A stretch of DNA of 64,000 nucleotides from Bacteriovoracaceae bacterium (GTDB lineage: Bacteria; Bdellovibrionota; Bacteriovoracia; Bacteriovoracales; Bacteriovoracaceae), in NCBI GenBank assembly GCA_048267265.1, contig JBLWXW010000020.1:1613-65612 (forward strand), written 5' to 3'. Of this stretch, positions 28,060-37,123 are shown piece by piece. Made by a program: the position numbers and the translations under genes. Positions within the stretch are counted from its first letter, which is position 1, and every line of letters begins with the position of its first letter. The notes under the pieces were generated by a model, which was not told the DNA's origin, did not search any database, and saw only the letters and a program-made list of their open reading frames with translations.

Positions 28060-29820
28060 CTAGTATCTTTTCCGATTAAATTGATAATCAATGAACAAGC
28101 CTATAGAAGCAACCAGGACACTGAAAAATAATAGGTATTCATCTAAAGTGATAAAGTCTCCAAAAACGAATATAAAGTAAGAGAATAGAGTGCCTATAAA
28201 AAAGCCAAAATTGTTTTGCGAATAGATCTTATCCCTTCCCTCCTTTGAACTTAAAACAGCCGACATAAATAAATAATTTAAAGATGAGCCCGAAATAAAG
28301 CCAAGAATGAGCATACTTATAAGAAAGCTTTGCTTTTCAAATAAGGTATCGAAATAGTTGAAAGATGTGATTGTAAAAATAAATAGAGAAGGTGTTAAAC
28401 TTACGATCCATGAAATTACATAATTAATCTTCTTTTTTGATAAGAACTTAGTAGAAAAAAGAGCTCCCGATAGACTTGCAAGCGTTAACAATACAAATAA
28501 AGTAAGAGGCGTTCCAAAGTAAAACTTACCAAATTCTGATATCACTAAGTGATTGGCCCCAAATAGGGTTCCAGAGAACAAGGCCTTCCAATGAATCTGA
28601 TTAAATTTCTTGTCAGCTTTAATTGACTTAAAAAAGAAAAAAACAAAGACGATTAACAGAAAACTAAACCACCTATGATTTTTATAAATTCTATCTTTTA
28701 GACCTGATAAGTCGTAAATGGCTCGTTCATCGTTAACAATTTCAGTTCTTTGCTCTAGAACCATATCAAAAGTTTTTTCGGCAATCGTACTTACATACTT
28801 CGGAACCTGACTTCTTCTACTTATATAAAAAATACCTTTACCAGCGAGAACTTCTTGAAACTTATTGTCATCTTTGTCCGTAACAATTCCTTTTTTTATA
28901 ATAAGGATTACTGTATATGATTTTCTTTTTTCATATACGAGCTGTCTTTGCTTAAAGATAAGACGAACTCTATCATTTATCTCTTTTTGCTGATTTATAC
29001 CTATACTGCTTAAGACCTTAGCAATATCGAAAGAGGCATGACCTTCTCTTACCTTCGTTTTGAACAAGAAGTACCCATTGTCATTTAATTTTTCTAAAAT
29101 TAAACTTAATCCATTTTCTGTCATTAAGTAATCAGAACTCACTCCCCTAGTTGCTTGTGAGACTTCATGGCCTGGCCAGAACAAAGATATAATATCGTAA
29201 TTTTGAGTAGTCGTTTCTAGAAAGTGTCTTCCATCCATATGATAAATAGGTGCACGACTATATATATTCGCAGCCAACTCAGGGTACTTATCTCTAATGA
29301 GCTTTATACTCGCTCTATTAAGCTCCACACCAGTGGTATCTAAGCCTGCATTTAAAGCACGATGTAATGAGATTCCAGCACCACTGCCTATATCTAAATA
29401 GGAACTTCCAGTTTTAAAGAACCCAAAAATTCCTCTAGTAGAATCATCCTTGTTTGGAACCGTCGCCCATTCACTATTGTTATAATAAAGGTGGTGTTCC
29501 TCCAAATGTCGATCATAAAAAAGATCGACTTTTTCTGTGTCAGACCATTCTCCACCTACCCTCTCCAGAATTTTTAAATTTAGCCCTATACTACCTTTCT
29601 TTTGAGGATAATTCCCAATCTCATACTTTGAATACTTCAGATTTTTTATAAAGCGATATTCCCAGCCATCACTAAATATAAATATTCCTAATATTAAAGA
29701 AGAGGTCACACAAATAAGGAGAACCACTTTCTTTTCACAAACCTTTATGAAATAGAAGATAAGAGGAGAAATTAAGGAAAGAAAAAAGTAGACCTCCATT
29801 TTACCAAAATTGAGTAACAC
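28060..29820 (-). CDS. polytopic membrane protein with central class I SAM-methyltransferase-like domain
   Basis: YLDIGSGAGISLHRALNAGLDTTGVELN (motif I-like) between N- and C-terminal TM bundles. GTG start without a Shine-Dalgarno. The frame is open for 20 more codons upstream (see findings). Confidence 0.6.
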   Translation of the reverse strand: MLLNFGKMEVYFFLSLISPLIFYFIKVCEKKVVLLICVTSSLILGIFIFSDGWEYRFIKNLKYSKYEIGNYPQKKGSIGLNLKILERVGGEWSDTEKVDLFYDRHLEEHHLYYNNSEWATVPNKDDSTRGIFGFFKTGSSYLDIGSGAGISLHRALNAGLDTTGVELNRASIKLIRDKYPELAANIYSRAPIYHMDGRHFLETTTQNYDIISLFWPGHEVSQATRGVSSDYLMTENGLSLILEKLNDNGYFLFKTKVREGHASFDIAKVLSSIGINQQKEINDRVRLIFKQRQLVYEKRKSYTVILIIKKGIVTDKDDNKFQEVLAGKGIFYISRRSQVPKYVSTIAEKTFDMVLEQRTEIVNDERAIYDLSGLKDRIYKNHRWFSFLLIVFVFFFFKSIKADKKFNQIHWKALFSGTLFGANHLVISEFGKFYFGTPLTLFVLLTLASLSGALFSTKFLSKKKINYVISWIVSLTPSLFIFTITSFNYFDTLFEKQSFLISMLILGFISGSSLNYLFMSAVLSSKEGRDKIYSQNNFGFFIGTLFSYFIFVFGDFITLDEYLLFFSVLVASIGLFIDYQFNRKRY

Positions 29821-29837
29821 AACATAAAGAACACTAC

Positions 29838-30254
29838 CTAAAATGATACCGACAATATCACTAGCATAGTACTTAGTTGCTTTTTACTTTGAGAAAACCC
29901 TAAGCAAAGAGATAGACTGCAAATCATTTGCATGACAAAACAGCTTAAATAATATATTTCAATTGATGGAAATAAATAAAAAACAGTCAGATTTAAAATA
30001 CTTCCAAAGAAGAGAATTAGACCATTAAAGCGTAAAAAGCTTCTTTGAACGACCCACTTTTTAATACTTTCAAAAGAAAGTAATGAGCTTCCTACAGAGA
30101 AGCCGCATAAACAAATAGAGAGAACAATAATAATAAGGTTATCTTTGAAAGCAAACTTGAAGAACATCCCCAAAGCTATCTGCTGAGATATAGTAACCAG
30201 TCCCCAAAAAAGAGCATCAAAATCAATGTAGTTTGGCCTAGCATTAAACCGCAA
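29838..30254 (-). CDS. polytopic membrane protein, possibly the N-terminal part of the downstream gene
   Basis: 138 aa with four hydrophobic segments. Ends 17 nt before the next ORF on the same strand. An A5 run near its 3' end could host a frameshift. Confidence 0.45.
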   Translation of the reverse strand: MRFNARPNYIDFDALFWGLVTISQQIALGMFFKFAFKDNLIIIVLSICLCGFSVGSSLLSFESIKKWVVQRSFLRFNGLILFFGSILNLTVFYLFPSIEIYYLSCFVMQMICSLSLCLGFSQSKKQLSTMLVILSVSF

Positions 30255-30287
30255 TATTAATATACCAATGAAACATTTTAATCATAC

Positions 30288-30317
30288 AAATAAAAAGGCC
30301 CACTTAATAGTGGGCCT
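30288..30317 (-). terminator. rho-independent terminator of clpX
   Basis: Stem AGGCCCACT/AGTGGGCCT with loop TAAT. T/A-rich runs on both sides, so it may act bidirectionally. Confidence 0.75.
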
Positions 30318-30342
30318 TGATTTTATTTAATTTATTTTGCTC

Positions 30343-31647
30343 TTACGCAGACTCAATCTTACTCTTTGCCCCAAAAGTTGTTTCCTCCGCCTTCGGAGGC
30401 TGCATTCTCTCACCTTCCTCTAGAGTTGGAGTTTTGGTTCCGAGAATAGATTCTTTAGTAATGATCACCTTATTAATTTTCTCATTAGAAGGGATATCAT
30501 ACATTACATCTAGCATGGTTTGCTCAAGAATGGCACGAAGTCCACGAGCACCTGTTCTCTTCTTAATTGCAATTTTTGCAACTTCTTGAAGAGCATCTTC
30601 TTCGAATTCAACTTCGATTCCATCCATTTCAAATAGTTTCTTATACTGTTTTGTAATGGCATTCTTTGGCTCTGTTAGAATTCTGATAAGAGCTTCTTCA
30701 TCAAGTTCTTGAAGAAGGGCATTCACAGGAAGACGTCCAATAAATTCAGGAATAAGACCAAATCTTGTAAGGTCTTCTGCCTCAATCCCACCAAGTTTCT
30801 CTACCACTGACTGTTCTGCATCTTTAGCTTGTGAAGTAAGACCAAGAGGACGCTTTGTCATACGTTTTTCGATAATTTTATCGAGACCAACAAATGCACC
30901 AGCAACGATAAAGAGAATATTCTTAGTGTTAACTTGGATGAACTCCTGTTGTGGATGCTTACGTCCCCCTTTCGGTGGAACTGCGGCCACTGTCCCCTCT
31001 ACAAGTTTCAGAAGTGCTTGCTGAACCCCTTCACCAGACACATCACGTGTAATAGATGGGTTTTCAGACTTTCTAGCAATCTTATCAATTTCATCAATAT
31101 AAACAATCCCACGCTCTGCTCTTTCTACATCGTAGTCACAAGCTTGAAGGAGGTTAAGAATGATATTCTCAACATCTTCCCCTACATAACCTGCTTCAGT
31201 AAGAGATGTAGCATCAGCAATGGCGAAAGGAACATTTAGGTATTTAGCAAGAGATTGAGCAATAAGTGTCTTACCTGAACCTGTAGGTCCAGCTAAAAGG
31301 ATATTTGACTTTGCAAGTTCAACATCATCTTTACTCTTTACACCACCATGAGAAATTCTCTTATAGTGATTGTGAACAGCAACAGAGATAATTTTCTTTG
31401 CACGATCTTGTCCAATGACATACTCATCAAGGTGCTCCTTGATTTCGTGAGGTTTAGGAACATTATCTAGACTGGCCTTAGAAGTCGTTTTAAGCGAGTC
31501 TTCGTAAATAATATCATTACAAAGCTCAATACATTCATCACAAATGTATACGCCTGGTCCTGCAATAAGTTTCTTTACTTCCTTCTGCGACTTTCCACAG
31601 AAGTTACAGTGAAGAGAGCTGTTGTAACTGCCTTTTTCTTTGGCCAT
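30343..31647 (-). CDS. clpX: ATP-dependent Clp protease ATP-binding subunit ClpX
   Basis: N-terminal zinc-binding [30 protein letters not shown] and Walker [10 protein letters not shown]. 434 aa. Confidence 0.97.
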   Translation of the reverse strand: MAKEKGSYNSSLHCNFCGKSQKEVKKLIAGPGVYICDECIELCNDIIYEDSLKTTSKASLDNVPKPHEIKEHLDEYVIGQDRAKKIISVAVHNHYKRISHGGVKSKDDVELAKSNILLAGPTGSGKTLIAQSLAKYLNVPFAIADATSLTEAGYVGEDVENIILNLLQACDYDVERAERGIVYIDEIDKIARKSENPSITRDVSGEGVQQALLKLVEGTVAAVPPKGGRKHPQQEFIQVNTKNILFIVAGAFVGLDKIIEKRMTKRPLGLTSQAKDAEQSVVEKLGGIEAEDLTRFGLIPEFIGRLPVNALLQELDEEALIRILTEPKNAITKQYKKLFEMDGIEVEFEEDALQEVAKIAIKKRTGARGLRAILEQTMLDVMYDIPSNEKINKVIITKESILGTKTPTLEEGERMQPPKAEETTFGAKSKIESA

Positions 31648-31739
31648 CGTCTTTATCCTTTAATTAGTTACTATATCTAGTTTTATTCAATCTCTTATTT
31701 TGCCGGTCATACTGCTTAAGTACAACCGGCATTGTATTC

Positions 31740-32372
31740 TTATTTATTTACTTTGCCTTTTGGATTAATCACCTTGTCGATAAGACCCATTTCAACGGCC
31801 TTTTCTGGATCAAGGTAGTTATCTCTATCCGTCCACTCTTCAATTTGAGCTTTTGAAAGCTCGTTTGGTGAGTGCTTAATATAAATTCCATTGAGTTGAT
31901 CCTTCAATGTCTGAATCTCATTGGCCTGAATCTGGATATCTGAACACTGTCCTCTTGCTCCACCAAGGGGTTGGTGAATCATAATTCTTGAGTGAGGAAG
32001 GGCATGTCTATAGCCGGCCTCACCAGCACTGAGAAGAAGTGATCCCATAGAAGCGGCCATACCTACACAGTAAGTGTAAACCGGACAAGATACGTGTTGC
32101 ATAATATCGTAAATCCCAAGTCCTGCATAAACAGATCCACCAGGGCTATTGATGTAGAAGTGAATGGGGTCTTCAGGGTTGTTCTGCTCTAGAAATAGCA
32201 TTTGGGCAATCAATAGATTGGCCACAACATCATTTACCTGAGTTCCAAGAAAGATAATTCTATCAAGAAGTAATCTTGAATAAATATCATACTGTCTCTC
32301 CCCTCTCGCTGTTTGCTCAATTACGATGGGATTAGGAACGTACATACTTGGAAATTGGCGATCATCACTCAT
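31740..32372 (-). CDS. clpP: ATP-dependent Clp protease proteolytic subunit ClpP
   Basis: [32 protein letters not shown] (catalytic Ser) and MIHQPLGG (catalytic His). Confidence 0.97.
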   Translation of the reverse strand: MSDDRQFPSMYVPNPIVIEQTARGERQYDIYSRLLLDRIIFLGTQVNDVVANLLIAQMLFLEQNNPEDPIHFYINSPGGSVYAGLGIYDIMQHVSCPVYTYCVGMAASMGSLLLSAGEAGYRHALPHSRIMIHQPLGGARGQCSDIQIQANEIQTLKDQLNGIYIKHSPNELSKAQIEEWTDRDNYLDPEKAVEMGLIDKVINPKGKVNK

Positions 32373-32699
32373 ATTCTTTCTCCTGAAACTTTCAAAGCCT
32401 TTATGACTAGTGCCTTTGGCGTTTATTCAATAAAGGTATTTTGACAAGCTACGTAAAATTATTGATTTCATTGAAGCTAATCGACCCGAAAGGGCAATAC
32501 CTTTAGCTGTTTAGAATAATTTTGACTTTTATTAATTACAAGACCAGTAACCCCATTAAATTATAGATTTTAAAGAAAATTACTTACACATGGTGATTAC
32601 CTGACTATTACCTTTCGCAAAGACTCAAAATCCAGCTCAATTGCGTTGGAAAATACTATCGCTGCAGGTATATTTATTTTCTAGTTAAGGGATATATTT

Positions 32700-33311
32700 A
32701 TGACTCAACTCAAAGTCGCAGGCGCTAAATTTGAAAGAATTTTTATTATGGCCCATGGAGCTGGAGCTCCTATGGATAGTGATTGGATGAATGCCCTCAC
32801 AAAAGAGCTCGTAAAAAGAGAAATTCAAGTTATTCGCTTTGAGTTTCCCTATATGGCCCAAATACGAGAAACAGGAAAAAAGAGGCCGCCAAACCCCCAG
32901 AAACTACTTCTTCAGACCTGGAAAGAAGTTTTCGAAAAGGTCTGCACTAAATCTAGCACTGTTTATATTGGTGGAAAGTCTATGGGAGGGCGTATGGCCT
33001 CTCTTGTGTGTGATGAGTTAAGGCCAAAGGGCCTCATTGGACTTGGCTTTCCCTTCCATGCACCAGGTAAGGACCCAGGTCAGAGAATTGATCACCTTAT
33101 GCACCTAAAGACTCGAGCTCTCATCATTCAAGGCACTCGGGATACAATGGGAAGCAAAGATGACTGTCTCTCTTATGGCCTATCTAAGAAAATTAAATTT
33201 TGTTGGCTTGAGGATGGCGACCATAGCTGGAAGCCTCGTGTACGATCAGGTCTTACACTAGAACAACATATTCAATCAGCAGCAGATGCTATCAATAAAT
33301 TTATGAGGTAA
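32700..33311 (+). CDS. alpha/beta hydrolase (KANL3/Tex30-like family)
   Basis: IFIMAHGAGAPMDSDWMNAL...IGGKSMGGRMAS (GxSxG) ...GDHSW. About 200-aa single-domain hydrolase. Confidence 0.72.
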   Translation: MTQLKVAGAKFERIFIMAHGAGAPMDSDWMNALTKELVKREIQVIRFEFPYMAQIRETGKKRPPNPQKLLLQTWKEVFEKVCTKSSTVYIGGKSMGGRMASLVCDELRPKGLIGLGFPFHAPGKDPGQRIDHLMHLKTRALIIQGTRDTMGSKDDCLSYGLSKKIKFCWLEDGDHSWKPRVRSGLTLEQHIQSAADAINKFMR

Positions 33312-33314
33312 GAG

Positions 33315-33941
33315 TTGGAAGCTTTCTTAGATTTTGTTCAGGGAAATATTAATTACGCCCCCTATGCTTTTTTTGGTTTACTCTTTTTAGCAGGCTTTAA
33401 TCTTCCAGTTTCTGAAGATCTCATGCTCCTAACGAGTGCCCTTCTCGCCATTAAAAACCCTCATATGAAATATGAGCTTTTCGCAGGTGTTTTCCTTGGG
33501 GCCTATATTTCAGACCTGATTTGCTATTCCTTTATGGGGCGTTTTCTAGGTCAAAAAATCTTTAAGATAAAATTCTTCTCCAAAATGATTACAGATGAAA
33601 AGCTTGAAAAAGTTAATGGATTCTATCAAAAGTATGGCATTCTCACTCTGCTCATAGGACGCTTTATTCCCTTTGGTGTTCGAAATGCTCTTTTCCTAAC
33701 AGCAGGCTTAGGAAAGATGAATGCATGGAAGTTCGCGATTAGTGATTTGATTGCATGTATCGTTAGTTGTGTCTTCTTCTTCTGGCTCTATTTCACATAC
33801 GGGGAAGATGTTATTGATGTGGTGAAGAAAGGCAATATGATTCTCTTCACATTATTTGCAGCGGCCCTTTCGGGATGGTTTATCCACAAGAAAATTAGGC
33901 AACGTCATAAAAAGGGTCTGGACGATGATCCCATTGCCTAA
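33315..33941 (+). CDS. DedA family (SNARE-associated) membrane protein
   Basis: LIGRFIPFGVRNALFLTAGLGKM and the overall four-TM layout typical of DedA. TTG start. Confidence 0.78.
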   Translation: MEAFLDFVQGNINYAPYAFFGLLFLAGFNLPVSEDLMLLTSALLAIKNPHMKYELFAGVFLGAYISDLICYSFMGRFLGQKIFKIKFFSKMITDEKLEKVNGFYQKYGILTLLIGRFIPFGVRNALFLTAGLGKMNAWKFAISDLIACIVSCVFFFWLYFTYGEDVIDVVKKGNMILFTLFAAALSGWFIHKKIRQRHKKGLDDDPIA

Positions 33942-34221
33942 ACCTAGCGACTCTCAAAGAGAGTATACACTTTTTCAATGACTTATTACTCATATGTCTT
34001 TTTAAGCTGGGCTAATACTTAGAATGGTTTTCTTCAATGAACACTTAAGTATTCTTCAAGTCACTAATTTTACGTTGATTTTCTCTCAGAATCTTTCATT
34101 TCAAAATTTTTTTAAAAAAAAGAGCAAGTAAAAAGTTCACCTTTAAAAACGCTCTATTGAAAGAGTGTGACGAAACTGTCAAAACACTTTTGCAGGGAAA
34201 CTTTTTTTAAAGGTAAAAATA

Positions 34222-34539
34222 GTGAATACAGAAAACAACGTTACATCACTTAGTAACATTATTAACTTCAAGGCCGCGAAGATAAACCTAAATCTTCAAA
34301 ACCAAGATAGTGCACTCTCACGCTACCTTAAGGCCTTAAGCTTTTCACAATTGATCGATGAAACATCGGCCGTTATCGAAGAACTTAATCAAGCAGGCTC
34401 GACAAAAGAGATGATTAAGAAATCAAACCTTGTTCTTAAAGAGCTTGGTGAAAGAATTGGAAACTCCCATGGCCTTGCTGAAAGCTTCCAAAAAATGCGA
34501 GACAAACTTGAAAAGAAATTAAAAGAATTCAATCATTAA
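34222..34539 (+). CDS. hypothetical small helical protein
   Basis: 105-aa GTG-start ORF followed by a clear terminator. No domain recognised. Confidence 0.45.
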   Translation: MNTENNVTSLSNIINFKAAKINLNLQNQDSALSRYLKALSFSQLIDETSAVIEELNQAGSTKEMIKKSNLVLKELGERIGNSHGLAESFQKMRDKLEKKLKEFNH

Positions 34540-34548
34540 TTGACTAGT

Positions 34549-34597
34549 CCCCTCGCCCTTTCCTCCTCTTAATTTTGGGCGCGGGGATATTTTTTTA
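34549..34597 (+). terminator. rho-independent terminator
   Basis: GC-rich stem CCCCTCGCCC (34549-34558) / GGGCGCGGGG (34577-34586) with 9 of 10 pairs, followed by ATATTTTTTT. The loop is unusually long at 18 nt. Confidence 0.65.
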
Positions 34598-34694
34598 GTC
34601 AACCCCCATCCTTCCTAGAAAAAAATCCATAATTTAGTAAAATAGTACAGTCGGTCAATATAAAGATAAAAGTTGATCTTCCGAATCGCGCTAT

Positions 34695-35519
34695 ATGAAA
34701 GAGATTAAATATTTTACTATTCTAATTTTCATGCTCTTTTGTGCACAAAGTTTTGCACAAGACAGTTGTGAAATATTAATTCATGGATTCTCTTTTAGTG
34801 ATCACAGTGATGATTACTTTGGAGACTTTCCCAACCAAGTTCTCTGGGACTCTTCTGAAGAAATTGAGGTTGCTGCCCCGAGAGTTGCCAGAGGAATTCT
34901 GGAAAAAATGGAGAGCTGCTCCTACGATGCTCCGGTTGTACTTCGTCCACATAGCTATGGTGCTGCCGTCGTTCACTATATTCTCGGAAAGGGAAACCTC
35001 TTCCAAGAAGCATTTCCTGATCATCCCTTTGTGAAAATTTATAAAAGAACAACAGAAGTCTATGCCTTCACAGGAGCCTATCATGGAACACCTCTCATGG
35101 ATGTTGTCTGTGCCAACCGCTTAACAAGAGCGATTATTGAACTCATGGGAACTTCATGCGTTCGCGGACTATCCACATCAGAAGTGGATAATGTGGGAAC
35201 CAAAGTCGCTTCGGCAGGTGTCCCCACTTACCTAATCTATTCAACTAAGCGCTCAGGTTTTGGCGGAGTACCTGGACTTATGCTGGCCAAGCACCTCGTA
35301 TCCTATAAAGAGTTTGTCACTGGGGTGAGAAATCAAAATGATAACACCCTCCCTCTCTACGCTGCAAAAGGTTGTGTAAAGAAGCAGATCCTAGACCTTC
35401 CCACTGATCAATGTGAAAAGCTTGATCCAGAACTTATGGAAGACTTCTTTCACACTGAAGAATTCAGTCACCTCGAGTTTCGAAAGGTTCGTGACTTTAT
35501 GTATATGAAAAAGAAATGA
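34695..35519 (+). CDS. secreted lipase/esterase-like alpha/beta hydrolase (putative)
   Basis: Signal peptide. ILIHGFS (oxyanion-hole HG), RPHSYGAAV (nucleophile-elbow-like) and FTGAYHGTPL, as in small secreted lipases. Confidence 0.55.
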   Translation: MKEIKYFTILIFMLFCAQSFAQDSCEILIHGFSFSDHSDDYFGDFPNQVLWDSSEEIEVAAPRVARGILEKMESCSYDAPVVLRPHSYGAAVVHYILGKGNLFQEAFPDHPFVKIYKRTTEVYAFTGAYHGTPLMDVVCANRLTRAIIELMGTSCVRGLSTSEVDNVGTKVASAGVPTYLIYSTKRSGFGGVPGLMLAKHLVSYKEFVTGVRNQNDNTLPLYAAKGCVKKQILDLPTDQCEKLDPELMEDFFHTEEFSHLEFRKVRDFMYMKKK

Positions 35520-36550
35520 ATAAGAAGTATGCTATTCCATTAATTCTTACTGTGCTCTTACTTGTCACTCTTAGTCTATTTGGCCTGAAAGAGTCGCCTT
35601 CATTTAGTCAGTACGATATAAAGCGAAGCTCTCACTCAAGAGCTCAAAATAAAAGAGAGAGAAAACGTGTTCCTGCCTCCATTTCTTTAAATGAAGAAAA
35701 GAAGTCACCTCGAAAAATAAATCAAACCCTTACAAAATATAAATCTTTAAAGGATCTCCCCCCTGGGTTAATTCCATTGAGGAAGATCGATAAGTTAGCC
35801 GAAAAATTTATTCCGAAGAGTAAGTCATCACTGGGAAAAAATGCAAAACTCTTACTAGAGATTATCCCCTCTCATTACCATCTCGATCAAAGTATTGATA
35901 AAAGCTACTCTATTAAGATAAGGACAATAAATAAAGGTACTCCAGCGAGTGCTCAATTAGAGGTTCGAGATGAACAGGGAGAAGCCTATCCCATCAGCAC
36001 CTTAGGAGGCGGTCTCTATCAAATGAAGGTAGCGGCCAATCAAATAAAGAGTGGAAAAACATACTTTAATATTATGGCCAAAAATAGTCATGATGAAGCC
36101 TTTGCCTCAGTAGCACTCGAAGCTCATTCTCATTATTTTGATTTCATAGGCCATCAAGATCAAGGTATCGATGCTCAAGGAAATCTCTTCTTTGCCAACC
36201 AATTTCATTTCTATGAGAGAGGAAATTATCTTATCGAAGGTGTTCTTTATCACAAGGGAAAACCTATTGCTCAGACAAGCACCCTACTTCAAAGAGTTAG
36301 AGGTGAAGTCACGGCAAACTTAAGCTTTCATGGTTACTTCTTTTATAGGGATAAGCTGCAAGGAGAATTTCAGTTAAGAGGAATTCAAGTGACTCAGGTT
36401 GATGATTCCCTAGCTTCAAGTGGTGATCAATATATTGAGATGAACCAAGTGAGTACTCAGCGCCACTGGGAAGATTTTAATTCCAAACCTCACTACAATG
36501 AAGTCATCCACAACAAGATTAATAAATTAACTCAGAATTTTAATCGCTAA
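35516..36550 (+). CDS. membrane-anchored hypothetical protein
   Basis: Start overlaps the upstream stop (ATGA). N-terminal TM anchor, a basic linker, then a beta-rich region. No domain recognised. Confidence 0.5.
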   Translation: MNKKYAIPLILTVLLLVTLSLFGLKESPSFSQYDIKRSSHSRAQNKRERKRVPASISLNEEKKSPRKINQTLTKYKSLKDLPPGLIPLRKIDKLAEKFIPKSKSSLGKNAKLLLEIIPSHYHLDQSIDKSYSIKIRTINKGTPASAQLEVRDEQGEAYPISTLGGGLYQMKVAANQIKSGKTYFNIMAKNSHDEAFASVALEAHSHYFDFIGHQDQGIDAQGNLFFANQFHFYERGNYLIEGVLYHKGKPIAQTSTLLQRVRGEVTANLSFHGYFFYRDKLQGEFQLRGIQVTQVDDSLASSGDQYIEMNQVSTQRHWEDFNSKPHYNEVIHNKINKLTQNFNR

Positions 36551-36553
36551 TTT

Positions 36554-37120
36554 TTAGAGAGATTCTAGGGATTGGTAATCATGCAAGGCCTTCAGGCGTA
36601 ATAATCCAATCTGCATAGTCGAGTCATAGCCTAGCAGCTCTGCCACCTTTCTTAAAATATCAAGATTACCTGCTTTTTGACCACGCCCTTCAAAGAGGCC
36701 CAAGTAATAAATCAAATTCTTTGCATATCGAGTAACATACTGTGAAATAGCATCACGATCCGCATCCGAACAAACCACAAACTGGCATCCTATTTTTGTA
36801 ACAAATATCTTATCGACCTCTGATTGGCCTTCAAAGGATCTCACAATTCGCGCTTTAGTTCGTATGACCTTTTTTTCTAATTGCTGACTATTGAGTCCCA
36901 TAAGAATATCAGCATGAAGCTGAGAAAACTCGGGATAGTCAATAAGAGGAAACATTAAAGGTATTGCCTGAATATCGGGAACTCGTGGAAGATTTTCCAG
37001 AAGGATACCACCTTCTGAAATATTCAATAGATTCGCCTTTAAGACGTAATCATCTAAAATATAGAGTGTATCTGATTTTAAAGGGGCCCTAAGGTGGGCC
37101 CGCTTGAACTCATGCTTCAT
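36554..37120 (-). CDS. PilZ domain protein (putative c-di-GMP receptor)
   Basis: RAHLR (RxxxR) followed by NISEGGILLE (D/NxSxxG) about 25 residues later. C-terminal helical extension. Confidence 0.72.
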   Translation of the reverse strand: MKHEFKRAHLRAPLKSDTLYILDDYVLKANLLNISEGGILLENLPRVPDIQAIPLMFPLIDYPEFSQLHADILMGLNSQQLEKKVIRTKARIVRSFEGQSEVDKIFVTKIGCQFVVCSDADRDAISQYVTRYAKNLIYYLGLFEGRGQKAGNLDILRKVAELLGYDSTMQIGLLRLKALHDYQSLESL

Positions 37121-37123
37121 ATT

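Noticed and set aside
34776-35084. Three mutually overlapping ORFs in other frames (34776-35084 minus, 34783-35034 plus, 34795-35052 minus) inside the lipase-like gene
   Set aside because: A locally stop-poor stretch leaves several frames open at once. Only the 34695-35519 frame has a signal peptide, hydrolase motifs and coupling to the next gene. I saw no independent start signals for the others.
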